DNA of 64,000 nt from Pseudomonadota bacterium (GCA_040752855.1 JBFMHP010000039.1:5202-69201), one strand, 5' to 3'; shown: positions 17,510 to 28,148, numbered from the stretch's first letter. Notes: generated by a model not told the origin, from the sequence alone. Made by a program: numbers and translations.

Positions 17510-18535
17510 TCAGTGCTCTGCGCCCGCGTTTGGCGCGTCGAATTTGCGCATCCGCTCATCGGTCGCAGGATGCGTGGAAATGAGATTGGGCAGGCTGCCG
17601 CCCGCCTCGTCCTCCATGCGCTGCAGGATCGCGCCTAGATGAGCGGGGCTGATGTTCTGCGCGCGCAGCAACGCCATGGCGTAATCATCGGCCTCGCGCT
17701 CGGCATCGCGGGAAAATTTCATTTGCACCAGCATCGTCGGCACCGCCGCGGCCAGCGAACTGGCGGAGGTGATATCGCCGGTCAACACCACCAGCAACAG
17801 GGCGGTGGTGGAATTTTGCAGCACTTGCTGCATCGTGTGGCGGTGATGCAGGTGGCCAAGCTCGTGGGCAACCACGCCGAGCAATTCCCGATCATCCCGC
17901 GCCATGGCCACCAGCTCGTCGGTCAGCAGGATCACGCCGGAAGGCAGCGCGAAGGCGTTGGCGCCTAATTCCCCGCCCTGGCGAAAGACCATCTGGCGGG
18001 TCTCCACGCCCGCCGCTTGCGCCAGCGACTCGAATCGCCGGCGCAATTCATTCTGCCGCGACAACTCAAGCTGACTGGGCGAGGTGAGATGCTCGAAAAA
18101 CTCCAGGGCCTCGTCCCCCAGCTCCGTTTCAACTTCGATGGGGATGGCATGCGCCGCGTGGCGCGCCAGTGCAGGAATCCCATACTGAACCAGAGCAAAC
18201 AGCATGGCCACGCTGGCCGCCAAGACCAGCACTATGGCGGGCCAATGATTTTCGATCTTGTGGATGAACGCGTGCACGCCCTGCGTCGGGAGGCGGCGCA
18301 GCGCCTCGTCGAGCCCGGGCTGATCCGCGATCTCACACTGCGAGCCGTCGGCAAAATCGAGTTGCAAGCGCGTGCCGGCGATCCGGGGTTGGGCGACGAC
18401 ATCCGCATAGTCGTAGCGATGTTGCGCGTCCGCCCCTTCAATTACCAGATGATCGTCCCCAAATCGGATCGTGACGGCAACCCGCGCCGAGCTGCTGCCG
18501 TCATAGCGCCAGGCCTCAAGCTCACACGCCGACAT
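17510..18535 (-). CDS. M48 family zinc metallopeptidase (partner of DUF898)
   Basis: NAFALPSG, AHELGH, FSRDAEREAD, STHP. Confidence 0.88.
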   Translation of the reverse strand: MSACELEAWRYDGSSSARVAVTIRFGDDHLVIEGADAQHRYDYADVVAQPRIAGTRLQLDFADGSQCEIADQPGLDEALRRLPTQGVHAFIHKIENHWPAIVLVLAASVAMLFALVQYGIPALARHAAHAIPIEVETELGDEALEFFEHLTSPSQLELSRQNELRRRFESLAQAAGVETRQMVFRQGGELGANAFALPSGVILLTDELVAMARDDRELLGVVAHELGHLHHRHTMQQVLQNSTTALLLVVLTGDITSASSLAAAVPTMLVQMKFSRDAEREADDYAMALLRAQNISPAHLGAILQRMEDEAGGSLPNLISTHPATDERMRKFDAPNAGAEH

Positions 18536-19925
18536 CGATATCGAACACCTCGCCGACTTCTTCTCCCAGCGCGTTGATCCGCTCTTTTTCCGCCTGGACA
18601 AACGCAGCAAGGCCGCCGGCCGGCAGCAATGCAAGCTTGCTGATGCGGTAACGCGCCAGGCGGATCTTCGCCCAAGGAATCAGCAGGCCCAGACTCAGGA
18701 AAATCGCCAGCGCATTGGAAAAATACAGCCAGACCAAGTCGCGCGCCCGCAGACGGCTGCGGAAGCGATGACCGGCCAATTCGGCGCTGTTGTACACCAG
18801 ATTCTGGATGCGCGCCTTGATGTAGGCATACACAAACAGATAGAACACCAGCCCCGCAATAAACACCACCGACACCGCCCCCACCGCTAGCCAGACCCAC
18901 GGCGCGTACTGCACCTCGAGATCCGCCTCGCCGGCGGGCGGCTCACCTGCATCGATCGCATCCTGCTCGGTGACCTCCGCTTGCGCAGCCTCCTCGCCCA
19001 GCGTGCCCTCTTGCGAATACTCCGCGGCAGCACCGGACTGCTCCGCTTCATACTGATACTGCGAAGACGCTGGGTCTTCATTTGCCAGCGCCTCATCCGA
19101 CGCGATCGGCTGGCCATCCTCGCTCATGGATTGCGAATCTTCGGTTACGCCGTATGCATCCTCCTCCCCGCTCGGGATATCCTGACCGGCGCCGTATGCC
19201 TGATCCTCCATTGGCTGCTCTTGCGCCATGGCCTGCTCGATCTCCTGCGCGGCACGCGCGTTCTCCATATATTGCTGATAGGCCGGGTACATCGCGGCCA
19301 GCAGCAACAGCACAAACGGCAGCAGCATCAGGCTGAGTTTGAAAAAGATCCGGTAGAAGTCCTTGAAGCTGGCGGTAAAGTGAAACGGTGTGGTGCCATA
19401 GCCGCTGTGATTGACCAGAAAGCGGTTCATCGCAAAGACGTAATAGGGGTAGATCAATCCCAGCGTCAGGGGCAACAGCAAGGTCAGCCCGATGAACACC
19501 TTCGCCGCCTCGCCATAGCTCGCATTAAAGGTGAACCGGATGTTGCGGTGGGCGCTGTTGCGCGCGCGAAACGCCATGGCGCGGATCACGATCCAGGGCA
19601 AGGCAACCAAAAGCACGGCCAGAAAAATGATGGCCGTCCACGGTATGACATTGGTGATCACGCTGTACAAGATCAGCGCCACCACCGCGATCGCCCACCC
19701 CTTGAGGATGGTGAGCGGCAGGGCCAGATAGGCAAATGGCACATCCTCCAGCAAGGTATTGCCGTAGAAGTAACGATTGGTGCGCACCTTGGCCCAGGCC
19801 GAATAGATGCCCAGCGTGAGGATCATCAGCAGGATGTTCACGATCCAGATGCCAAAGTATTCGCTGGCGGTGCCGCGAAACTCGAACGGGATCTCTTGGG
19901 AGACAGCAGGGGCTTCCTGGCTCAT
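18522..19925 (-). CDS. DUF898 (YjgN) family inner-membrane protein with a long acidic insertion
   Basis: FRGTASEYFGIWIVNILLMILTLGIYSAWAKVR; C-terminal GEEVGEVFDIDVGV. Confidence 0.88.
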   Translation of the reverse strand: MSQEAPAVSQEIPFEFRGTASEYFGIWIVNILLMILTLGIYSAWAKVRTNRYFYGNTLLEDVPFAYLALPLTILKGWAIAVVALILYSVITNVIPWTAIIFLAVLLVALPWIVIRAMAFRARNSAHRNIRFTFNASYGEAAKVFIGLTLLLPLTLGLIYPYYVFAMNRFLVNHSGYGTTPFHFTASFKDFYRIFFKLSLMLLPFVLLLLAAMYPAYQQYMENARAAQEIEQAMAQEQPMEDQAYGAGQDIPSGEEDAYGVTEDSQSMSEDGQPIASDEALANEDPASSQYQYEAEQSGAAAEYSQEGTLGEEAAQAEVTEQDAIDAGEPPAGEADLEVQYAPWVWLAVGAVSVVFIAGLVFYLFVYAYIKARIQNLVYNSAELAGHRFRSRLRARDLVWLYFSNALAIFLSLGLLIPWAKIRLARYRISKLALLPAGGLAAFVQAEKERINALGEEVGEVFDIDVGV

Positions 19926-20030
19926 TTTGGTTCCTTTTTGCTCGTTATTGATTCCACAGGTATTTGCGCCGGGCGCTGAGGAAGCATAAACATCCCCCTC
20001 AACGAAATCCAGCGCGCAAGCGCGGCTCGC

Positions 20031-20258
20031 TCACATGAAATCCGCGCCCATCGTGCCGCTCAAACGCAGCACGACATAAATCAACGTTGCGCCGATGGCC
20101 ACCACGCCCACGATGCGCATCAACGTTCGCAGCCAAATGAATCCCTTCGGGATGGGGTGGCCGCGAAATATCCTCGCCTGCGTCTTGGGATAGAAGTGGA
20201 TGAAATAAATACCCAGCGCAAGATTGATCGCCACCGCGATCCACTCCGTCAGTTGCAT
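20031..20258 (-). CDS. small two-TM hypothetical protein
   Basis: Two hydrophobic helices; GAGGGG RBS. Confidence 0.6.
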   Translation of the reverse strand: MQLTEWIAVAINLALGIYFIHFYPKTQARIFRGHPIPKGFIWLRTLMRIVGVVAIGATLIYVVLRLSGTMGADFM

Positions 20259-20434
20259 GAAAAGCCCCCTCGTATCCGGTTCGGGCCTATCGTTTCATGG
20301 TCTGGCTGTGGAGCACAAGATTCGCGGCGTTTCCTGCGCCGTCCGCCGTCGGCAAAAAAATCGAGGAAAGCGAGCCTTGATTGTCCGCTTTCCTCGTCCC
20401 GGATGAGCCAGGAAGGAGCCGATTGGTGCGGCGG

Positions 20435-21250
20435 CTATTTGTCGCCTTCGTCCATCTTGCGGGTCTTGAATTCGGCAACCGTCTTCGCGCCGCTGACGGA
20501 CTTCGTTTCCGCCTTTCTGGCAACGGGGGCGACGGTCTCGCCGACAAACACCCATTCATTGGTCGCGGCGCGATAGACCCAGCCGGTCGCCTCGTCCGCC
20601 TCGCCGCGCGCTGCCTTGGCCTTGCTTGCGGTTTCTTCAGTCGAGGCGATGTTCAGCATCTCGATCTGGCAGTAGGGGCCGGCCACCACAGCGTCGTTGG
20701 GGCGCGCCTGCGGCTTTGCGGCGGGTTTCTCCGCCACCGGACGCGCCGCCACCGGCGCCGGTTTTGCCGCGGCCGGTTTTTTCTCGAAGATGTTTTCGCC
20801 GCGCAGGGATTCCATGTGATAGTTGCGCAGGGCCGCCATCAGGCTGTCGACGGTATCCTTGTTAGTGATCACCGTGCTCAGGCCCTGGCGCAGCACCTTG
20901 ACCAGCAGCGGCAGCATCTCGGCCATTTGCTTGCGCTCCACCGCGGTGGTCTTGGGCGCGAGGCTCCACAGCAGCTCCTCGGTGATCTCCAGCGCCAACT
21001 GCCAGCGCATGCCACCGCTGCCTTCCTCGAGATAGATATCGAGCAGCACCTCTTTCCAGGCGTGATTGAGCAGGATGTTGATCTCCGTCGGCAGCGTCTG
21101 TCCGGCGATGCGCAGCTTGAGCTCGCGCTCGACGACCTTTTTGCCCGCATCGACGTCACGGTGTCTGTCATTCACGCCGTTATCCAACCCCGGGGCTCCG
21201 CGCAGGGCGCTGATTCCCGCTTTTCCGGCAAACATTTCATTCATCGACAT
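20435..21250 (-). CDS. DUF1631-like protein (central helical region only)
   Basis: LP..INILLNHAWKEVLL...W..AL...EELLWSL...LPLLVKVLRQGL pattern. Confidence 0.6.
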   Translation of the reverse strand: MSMNEMFAGKAGISALRGAPGLDNGVNDRHRDVDAGKKVVERELKLRIAGQTLPTEINILLNHAWKEVLLDIYLEEGSGGMRWQLALEITEELLWSLAPKTTAVERKQMAEMLPLLVKVLRQGLSTVITNKDTVDSLMAALRNYHMESLRGENIFEKKPAAAKPAPVAARPVAEKPAAKPQARPNDAVVAGPYCQIEMLNIASTEETASKAKAARGEADEATGWVYRAATNEWVFVGETVAPVARKAETKSVSGAKTVAEFKTRKMDEGDK

Positions 21251-21374
21251 AACAGTTCCTCACTTCGCATTGCCAAAAACCACAGGCAAACTCTCTTAAT
21301 TGTTTACGGCCGCACTGCCGCAGTTTGCAGGTGGAGATGCTGGAATCGTGAGCAATATCACAATAAAAATGACG

Positions 21375-22352
21375 TTATTGGTCCCGCAACTGCCCCAGCA
21401 GGGCACTGCGGCTGACGCAGATCACCCGCCCGTCCTCGTCGAGCGCGAACAGAAAGACCGCGCCGTCGGCGCTTTTCCAGAGCAATCGCGCCTTCCGCTC
21501 GGCCTGCGCCTCCCGCCAGCGCACCGGGACGCCGGCCCGCACGCCGGCGAGCAGCCGTTCTTCGGCCAGGGCGCGATCACGGTTTACCGGATCGTCCTTT
21601 GCCGGACAGGTGGGCGGCGCGACGTGGGACGTCTGGGCAAGCACCCCCTCGCGCGCCAGGTATTCGTAGATCTCGAGATAGACCAGGGCCATGGCGTCGA
21701 GCAGGAGGTGCTCGAAGCATTGGTAGGCCTGCTGCTTGATGTCGATATCGGCCCGCAGTCCGGCCATGACGTAATTGAAGGTCTGGCAGACGTTACGCGG
21801 CGACACGGGCAGGGTTTCGGGGGTCAGATGCGTGCCGATCAGGAGCCGGTACTGCGACAGCAGGTTCGCCAGCAGCCGCTCGTATTGCTCGTCGGCCTTT
21901 TCGATCAGCTCGTCGGTCAGTTGCGCCTCAAGTTCTTCATCCCAGTCGCCGCGGCAGGCCGCCACCGCGCCCGCCTTCTCGCCCAGGCGATACCACCCCT
22001 CGGGCTTGAGTCCGCGGTAGTAGTGCTTGAATAGTTGCAGGGAAAAGCTCTGTTCCAGCGCCTCGCGCTTGGCGGCCAGATCGCGCATGGCGTCGAGGTA
22101 GAGCATCTTGCTACTGCCGCTGCGGGTATGGGTCAGCTCTTTACCGAGCGTCTCCCGATAGGCATCGAGGACCGTGCTAAACCAAGCGGTGATGCGCTGC
22201 GCCATGATTCTTTGGCAATGCATCAAGAGGTATTTTTTTTTCAGATCATCCAGGGCCTGGTAAGCCCCGCCGGCGCGGCCGTGTGCACACATGACAGTCC
22301 TGCCCCTCCTGTGTTCTGCACGCCTTGGGCGCCAGCCCAAGGCATATTTCAC
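21375..22352 (-). CDS. DUF1631-like protein (N-terminal plus C-terminal regions); start uncertain
   Basis: YLDAMRDL, PVSPRNVCQTF...YEYLAREGVL and C-terminal RKARLLW...FLFALDEDGR. Confidence 0.55.
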   Translation of the reverse strand: MKYALGWRPRRAEHRRGRTVMCAHGRAGGAYQALDDLKKKYLLMHCQRIMAQRITAWFSTVLDAYRETLGKELTHTRSGSSKMLYLDAMRDLAAKREALEQSFSLQLFKHYYRGLKPEGWYRLGEKAGAVAACRGDWDEELEAQLTDELIEKADEQYERLLANLLSQYRLLIGTHLTPETLPVSPRNVCQTFNYVMAGLRADIDIKQQAYQCFEHLLLDAMALVYLEIYEYLAREGVLAQTSHVAPPTCPAKDDPVNRDRALAEERLLAGVRAGVPVRWREAQAERKARLLWKSADGAVFLFALDEDGRVICVSRSALLGQLRDQ

Positions 22353-22443
22353 TACTTCAAAAGGGGTATCGTGAGGATCAAAAACGAGTGAAGCGGCGAA
22401 TGGCCGGAGTGTGAGCTAGTTCACATAATTTGTTTGCTGTATT

Positions 22444-23832
22444 TCAAAGCGCCACGACCTGCCCGGGCCGGGCGATCTCGGCGGCGGTCGCCCCCGCCGC
22501 CTCCAGGGCGGTCTTGAGCCCTTGCAGCGCCTCAGACTCTCCATGCACCAGCAACACCGGCGGCCGCCCCTTGAAGTTCTTATACCAGCCCAGCAGGCCG
22601 GCGCGGTCGGCATGCGCGGAGAGCCCGCCGACGGTGTGGATCGTGGCGGAGACCTTGATCGGCTCGCCCCAGAGCTGGACCTCGTCGGCCCCATCGACCA
22701 GGGCCCGGCCCAGTGTGCCGCGCGCCTGGAAGCCGACGATGATCACCTGGCAGTCCCGGCGCCAGAGGTTGTGCTTTAAATGGTGGCGGATGCGCCCACC
22801 GGTGCACATGCCGCTGCCGGCGATGATGATCGCCCCGTCGGTGATGCGATTGATCGCCATGGAATCCTCGGCGCGGCGGCTCAGGTGTAGATTCGGCAGA
22901 TGGAACGGGTTGCCGCGCTCACGGCGTTCGGTCGCGGCCTCCCGGTCGTAGAGATCCGGGTGTTTGGCATAGACCTCGGTGGCCTCGATGGCCATCGGGC
23001 TGTCGAGGAAGATCTCCCAGCGGTCCACCCCCCAGGCCTCGGCGTTCTTGCCGAAGACGTACAGCAGTTCCTGGCTGCGGCCGACGGCGAAGGCCGGGAT
23101 AATGATGTTGCCGCGGCCGCGGCGGCTGTCGCGGATGATGTCCGCGAGCTCCGCCCAGGTGGCCTCCCAGCTGCGGTGCAGGCGGTCACCGTAGGTGCTC
23201 TCCATCACCACCAGATCGGCCTCGTCGATCCGGGCCGGGTCTTTCAATATCGGCGCGCCGTGATGCCCCAGGTCGCCGCTGAAAACAAGCTTGCGCCGCA
23301 CGTCCCCTTCCTGCGCCCAGAGTTCCACGATCGCCGAACCGAGGATGTGGCCGGCGTCGTTGAGGCGGATCGAAATCCCCGGCAGGATCTCTCGGGTTTC
23401 ATCGTAGGGCAGCGGCTTGAAGCGCTGGAGCGCGGCGAGCGCATCGGCCATCGTGTAGAGCGGCTCGACCAGCGGCTGGTCGCGGCGGCGGCGCTTGCGG
23501 TTGTCCCATTCGGCGTCTTTTTCGTTGAGGTAGGCCGCGTCCTTCAACATGATGCGGCAGAGGTCGTAGCTGGCGGCATGGGTATAGATCGGGCCACGAA
23601 AACCGGCCTGGATCAGCAGGGGGATGCGCCCGGAGTGATCGAGATGGGCGTGCGTGAGGATCACCGCGTCGATCGTTTCCGGGTTGAACGCAAACGGCTC
23701 GCGGTTGCGCGCCTCGTCTTCCTCGCCGCCCTGGATCAAACCGCATTCGATCAACACGCGGTGCTCACCGCACTGGAGCAGGAAACACGAGCCGGTGACT
23801 TCCTCCGCGGCCCCCAGAAATTTCAGCTTCAT
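22444..23832 (-). CDS. beta-CASP metallo-beta-lactamase ribonuclease (YSH1-like)
   Basis: VTGSC, THAHLDHSG, AGHILGS, MESTYG, SAHAD, LVHGE. Confidence 0.92.
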   Translation of the reverse strand: MKLKFLGAAEEVTGSCFLLQCGEHRVLIECGLIQGGEEDEARNREPFAFNPETIDAVILTHAHLDHSGRIPLLIQAGFRGPIYTHAASYDLCRIMLKDAAYLNEKDAEWDNRKRRRRDQPLVEPLYTMADALAALQRFKPLPYDETREILPGISIRLNDAGHILGSAIVELWAQEGDVRRKLVFSGDLGHHGAPILKDPARIDEADLVVMESTYGDRLHRSWEATWAELADIIRDSRRGRGNIIIPAFAVGRSQELLYVFGKNAEAWGVDRWEIFLDSPMAIEATEVYAKHPDLYDREAATERRERGNPFHLPNLHLSRRAEDSMAINRITDGAIIIAGSGMCTGGRIRHHLKHNLWRRDCQVIIVGFQARGTLGRALVDGADEVQLWGEPIKVSATIHTVGGLSAHADRAGLLGWYKNFKGRPPVLLVHGESEALQGLKTALEAAGATAAEIARPGQVVAL

Positions 23833-23948
23833 CACGGCTCCCCTCGTACGTTCGATAAACCAAGTTTGAGACGGCGCCCGCGCAAATACAAGGTCACGGT
23901 TCGATCGTGTTAAACTGCCCGCGGATACGACATCGACAGAGGTTAGTC

Positions 23949-25331
23949 ATGCATACACCGCAACAGGACCCCGCGCGCATCCACGCACCTTGGGAAAAGG
24001 CCTTCACCAAGATCGTCACGCCCTTCGAGGAGTTCATCCATCACCAGTCCGCCAGCGGCCTGTTGTTGATGGCCTGCGCCTTGGTGGCGCTGCTGCTGGC
24101 CAATTCCTTTCTGGCGCAGGCCTACGCGCACGTGCTGCACCTGCCGCTCGGCCTGAACATCGGCGGCTGGGAACTGGAGAAGCCCCTGCACCACTGGATC
24201 AACGACGGCCTGATGGCCTTGTTCTTCTTCGTGGTGGGACTGGAGATCAAACGCGAGATCCTGGTCGGCGAACTCTCCGATCCGCGCCAGGCGGCGTTGC
24301 CGATCGTCGCCGCCATCGGCGGGATGGTCGTGCCGGCGCTGCTCTTCACTGTGTTCAATCTGGGCGGCGACGGCATCGCCGGCTGGGGCATCCCCATGGC
24401 CACCGACATCGCCTTTGCCGTCGGCGTATTGGTGCTGCTCGGCACACGCGTGCCCAAAAGCCTGATCACCTTCCTGGTGGCGCTGGCCATCGTCGATGAC
24501 TTGGGCGCGGTCGTCGTCATCGCCCTGTTCTACACGGAAGAACTCCAGCTCAGCGCGCTGGGCATCGCCGGCCTGCTCTGGCTGGTGCTCATCGCCTTCA
24601 ACCTGTTCGGCATCCGCCGGGCCTTGCCATATTTCATCGTCGGCAGCCTGCTCTGGCTGGCCATGCTCAAGTCCGGCGTGCACGCCACGCTGGCCGGGGT
24701 GATCACGGCGCTGACCATCCCCGCGCGGCCGCAGTACGACTCCGAACGCTTCACCCATCACGCCCGCGCCCTGCTCGACAAGTTTGACGCCGCCCATGCA
24801 CCGGGCCAGAGCATCATGAAAAACGATACGCAGAAATCCCTGCTGCAGGCGCTCGAAAACGGCGTGCACGGCGTGACCACCCCGTTGCAGCGCCTGGAGC
24901 ACAATCTGCACCTGCCGGTCGCCTTTTTGATCATCCCGATCTTCGCGCTGGCCAACGCCGGCGTTCCGCTGCACTTCAGCGACCTCGGCACCACGCTCGG
25001 CCACCCCGTCACCCTCGGCGTGATCGCCGGCCTGGTGCTCGGCAAGGTGACCGGCATCGCCGGGGCCTCCTGGCTGGCGCTTAAGCTGGGGATTGGCATG
25101 CTGCCGCGCGGCACCACCATGGCGCAGATCGTCGGCGTGGGCCTGCTCGGCGGCATCGGCTTTACCATGTCGATCTTCATCGCCGAACTGGCCTACGCCC
25201 ACCAACCGGAGTACCTCGTGATGGCCAAAACCGGTATCCTATTCGCCTCCGCGATCGCGGGCATCGCCGGCTATCTCTGGCTGCTCGCCCACACCCAACC
25301 CCGTTCCAAGGAAACTACCCATGAGCAATGA
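23949..25331 (+). CDS. nhaA: Na+/H+ antiporter
   Basis: WINDGLMA, GWGIPMATDIAF, ALAIVDD, GIGFTMSIFI. Confidence 0.95.
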   Translation: MHTPQQDPARIHAPWEKAFTKIVTPFEEFIHHQSASGLLLMACALVALLLANSFLAQAYAHVLHLPLGLNIGGWELEKPLHHWINDGLMALFFFVVGLEIKREILVGELSDPRQAALPIVAAIGGMVVPALLFTVFNLGGDGIAGWGIPMATDIAFAVGVLVLLGTRVPKSLITFLVALAIVDDLGAVVVIALFYTEELQLSALGIAGLLWLVLIAFNLFGIRRALPYFIVGSLLWLAMLKSGVHATLAGVITALTIPARPQYDSERFTHHARALLDKFDAAHAPGQSIMKNDTQKSLLQALENGVHGVTTPLQRLEHNLHLPVAFLIIPIFALANAGVPLHFSDLGTTLGHPVTLGVIAGLVLGKVTGIAGASWLALKLGIGMLPRGTTMAQIVGVGLLGGIGFTMSIFIAELAYAHQPEYLVMAKTGILFASAIAGIAGYLWLLAHTQPRSKETTHEQ

Positions 25332-25626
25332 AGACCTCTACGTCGGCATCGACCAAGACCGGTGCGGCGGCATGACCCCCACCGGCACGATCATCAAGGA
25401 CGCCTGGCTGTTCGACCTCATCCCCGAGAACGAGACCTGCGCCGGCTGGAGTAAAAAACGTATATTGGACCTCTACGACAGGGTCTATGCCGCGTGGGAG
25501 CCCTACGGCCACATGGTCAGCAACCTGCCGCCGGAGCTGCGCGCCAAGCACACCGCCATCCACGAAGCGGCGATCAAGCGCGCGCGTGAATTGGGGTGGA
25601 ATCCCGAGCTGGGGGAGGATGACTGA
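25321..25626 (+). CDS. hypothetical protein overlapping the nhaA stop
   Basis: Clean ORF with host-like codon usage and AAGGA RBS. Confidence 0.7.
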   Translation: MSNEDLYVGIDQDRCGGMTPTGTIIKDAWLFDLIPENETCAGWSKKRILDLYDRVYAAWEPYGHMVSNLPPELRAKHTAIHEAAIKRARELGWNPELGEDD

Positions 25627-25693
25627 TCCGCGCCGTGCAAGTGTTGCCGGCACGAGATGCCGGGAACGGCTGCGCCTTATCCCGGCCTACGCA

Positions 25694-26929
25694 CTAGCTT
25701 GAAAGCTTCTCGAAGATCCTGAATCCCGCGACATAGGTTCCGATCCCGCCGCCCACGCTGCTCAAGATAAACACCAGCAGGATGCGCGTGACACGATTGC
25801 GCAGCCAGCCCTTCAGGGTGGTGGCATCCCGCCGCACCTGGCTGAAGTCGGCCACCTTGGGCCGGCGCAGCCAGGTCTCGACCACGGCGGTGACCATGCC
25901 GACGCCAATGGCCGGATTGAGCGTAGTGAGCGGGGCGGCGAAAAACGCCGAGAGGATCGTGAGCGGATGGGCCAGCGCAATCAGCGTCCCGAGCGCCGCG
26001 CATCCGCCGGTAATCACCACCCAGTCGAGCACCAGCGCCCAGCCCAGCTCGGTATCGCGGCTGAAGCCGATGGCAAACCCGATCAGTACCAAGCCCACGA
26101 TCAACCAGGGGATGAGCTTGGGCCAGGGACTGGGCGGCGGCAGCCGGTCGAGCTCCGCCAACTCCGCGGCGGGGTCGCGATCAGACTCGTTGAGATACTT
26201 CGCCGTACCCTTGAGATGTCCGGCGCCCAGCACCGCCAGCACATGGCGGTACGGCGTTTTCATGGTCTCCTCGCGCAGCCGCGCGGCCATGTAGCGGTCA
26301 CGCTCATCGATCAGCGGCTGATAGAGTTCCCGCGCCTGCTCCGCGAACTGGTTGAAACTCGATTCCAGGATGTCGCCTTCCTTGAGCCGCTCAATCTCGG
26401 CTTCATCGATCTTTTCGCGGCTGAACACGCTCAGCAGCAGCCCCGAAAAAATCTCCATCCGCCGCCACCAGGGCACATTCGCGTAGACCCGCTTGAACGT
26501 GGTGCCGATCTCACGATCGATCAGCAGCACCGGCAGATTCGCCGCCTGCCCGCCCTGGATGGCCGCGCGCATCTCGGCGCCCGGCTCGATGCCGAACTGA
26601 TCGGCCAGCCGCTGCTGATAGGCCCCCAGCGCCAGCGAGGCGGCCACCATGGTCGCCTTGCCCTCGCGGATGACCTGAAACAGATCCATGCGCGCCAGGG
26701 CCTCGGGGTTGACGATGGCATTGTGCCGCGAGGGACAGAGCTCCACGGCCACTGCATCGTACTCGCCGCTCTCCAGCAGCGCCTTGACCTGCTCGGCGCT
26801 GGCGCGCGAGACATGCGCGGTGCCGAGCAGGGTGATCTTGCCGCCGTTGACCTCCAGCGTGACTACCGGCCCTTGCGTGGCGTGCGTCGCGGCCGCCGGC
26901 GTGGAATGTTCGGAATGTTCGGATGCCAT
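25694..26929 (-). CDS. TraB/PrgY/GumN family protein
   Basis: LLGTAHVS, VAVELC, PGAEMRAA, LIDERD, AVLGAGH, C-terminal TM helices. Confidence 0.9.
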   Translation of the reverse strand: MASEHSEHSTPAAATHATQGPVVTLEVNGGKITLLGTAHVSRASAEQVKALLESGEYDAVAVELCPSRHNAIVNPEALARMDLFQVIREGKATMVAASLALGAYQQRLADQFGIEPGAEMRAAIQGGQAANLPVLLIDREIGTTFKRVYANVPWWRRMEIFSGLLLSVFSREKIDEAEIERLKEGDILESSFNQFAEQARELYQPLIDERDRYMAARLREETMKTPYRHVLAVLGAGHLKGTAKYLNESDRDPAAELAELDRLPPPSPWPKLIPWLIVGLVLIGFAIGFSRDTELGWALVLDWVVITGGCAALGTLIALAHPLTILSAFFAAPLTTLNPAIGVGMVTAVVETWLRRPKVADFSQVRRDATTLKGWLRNRVTRILLVFILSSVGGGIGTYVAGFRIFEKLSS

Positions 26930-27026
26930 TGGGATTACATGCGCCTGAAATCAAACAGCCGCCACTATAACAAGGATGGACCGGCGGCGCATTGACGCGG
27001 CGCACACCCTATCGGCCTCGCGTCAT

Positions 27027-28148
27027 TCAGAAAACCGCTCGCGAGACAGCCCAATAAACGCCCGTAAGTGCAATCAATCCCGAAACCGGCAAGGTTACAC
27101 GCGCGCGGTACGCCCGCGGATCTCTGAACCAACGCCCGAGCAAGAGGTACGCAAGCGCGATCACCGCGAGCTGACCGAGTTCGATGCCGAGGTTGAAACC
27201 GATGAGCCCGGTGATGAACTCCGAACGCTGCAAGCCGATCTCGTTGAGCACGCCCGCAAACCCCATACCGTGCAGCAGCCCGAAGCCGAACACCACGAAC
27301 GGCCGCCACGGGCGCAGTCGCGAGGTCAGGAGGTTTTCGATCGCGACATAGGCGATCGACGCGGCGATCAGCGGCTCGACGATGCGCGGGGAGAGCGCGA
27401 TCACCCCCTGCAGCGTCAAAGCGAGGGTGAGCGTGTGCGCCAACGTGAAGGCTGTGACCTGGATCAACAGCGGCCGCAGCCGCAGAGACAGCAGGAACAG
27501 CCCCAGGACGAACAGGATGTGATCCAAGCCCTGGGGCAGGATGTGCGTGAACCCCAGGACGAGATACTGCAGCGCGGTCGCGGCGCGCCCCGGCGCCTGG
27601 CCGGCGGGGCCAAGCGCATAGGGTTCGCTCGTGCGCCCGTCCGTGATCCACTGCGAGACCACCGTCCCATCGGCCTGGGCGATCCGCAGTACCGAAGGGC
27701 CGAATGCCGCAGCATAGGTCCAGCGGAAGACACGCGCATCCACGGGGATCGCACCGCTCAGCGCGATGCGGCTGAGGCGCGCGACACGCAGATCGCCCAC
27801 CGCGGGGATTTCGACGACCTCGATGCGCGGCTCGACGCGCCGCTGATCGAACTCGAGCGCGACACCGGCGCGGAATACATCGCGCCACACCTCAAACTGG
27901 CGACGCAGCTCGAGCGGCGGCAAGGCGCGCAGCGCGTCGTAACGCCGCGCGTTAGGCGATGCCGCGCTGGTGGCATGCTCCGGGCCGATCTCCGCCATCA
28001 GGGCCTCGAGATTGAGCTGGATCTCGATCCGGTACTCTCCGGCGGCAAACACGCCGGTCACCACCGCCGGGCGGATTTCATGGGCGCTAACGGTGATTGA
28101 CCACGCCAGCAGCCACAGCGCTCCGATGAACTCACCTAGATGACGCAT
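27027..28148 (-). CDS. HupE/UreJ family protein with N-terminal periplasmic domain
   Basis: GFTHILPQGLDHILF, TAFTLAHTLTL, FGLLHGMGFA, GFNLGIELGQ; signal peptide ending VSA-HE. Confidence 0.88.
   Translation of the reverse strand: MRHLGEFIGALWLLAWSITVSAHEIRPAVVTGVFAAGEYRIEIQLNLEALMAEIGPEHATSAASPNARRYDALRALPPLELRRQFEVWRDVFRAGVALEFDQRRVEPRIEVVEIPAVGDLRVARLSRIALSGAIPVDARVFRWTYAAAFGPSVLRIAQADGTVVSQWITDGRTSEPYALGPAGQAPGRAATALQYLVLGFTHILPQGLDHILFVLGLFLLSLRLRPLLIQVTAFTLAHTLTLALTLQGVIALSPRIVEPLIAASIAYVAIENLLTSRLRPWRPFVVFGFGLLHGMGFAGVLNEIGLQRSEFITGLIGFNLGIELGQLAVIALAYLLLGRWFRDPRAYRARVTLPVSGLIALTGVYWAVSRAVF

Noticed and set aside
22233-22241. A9 run as a phase-variation tract in the DUF1631-like gene
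   Set aside because: It is in frame (KKK), short, and there is no evidence of length variation.
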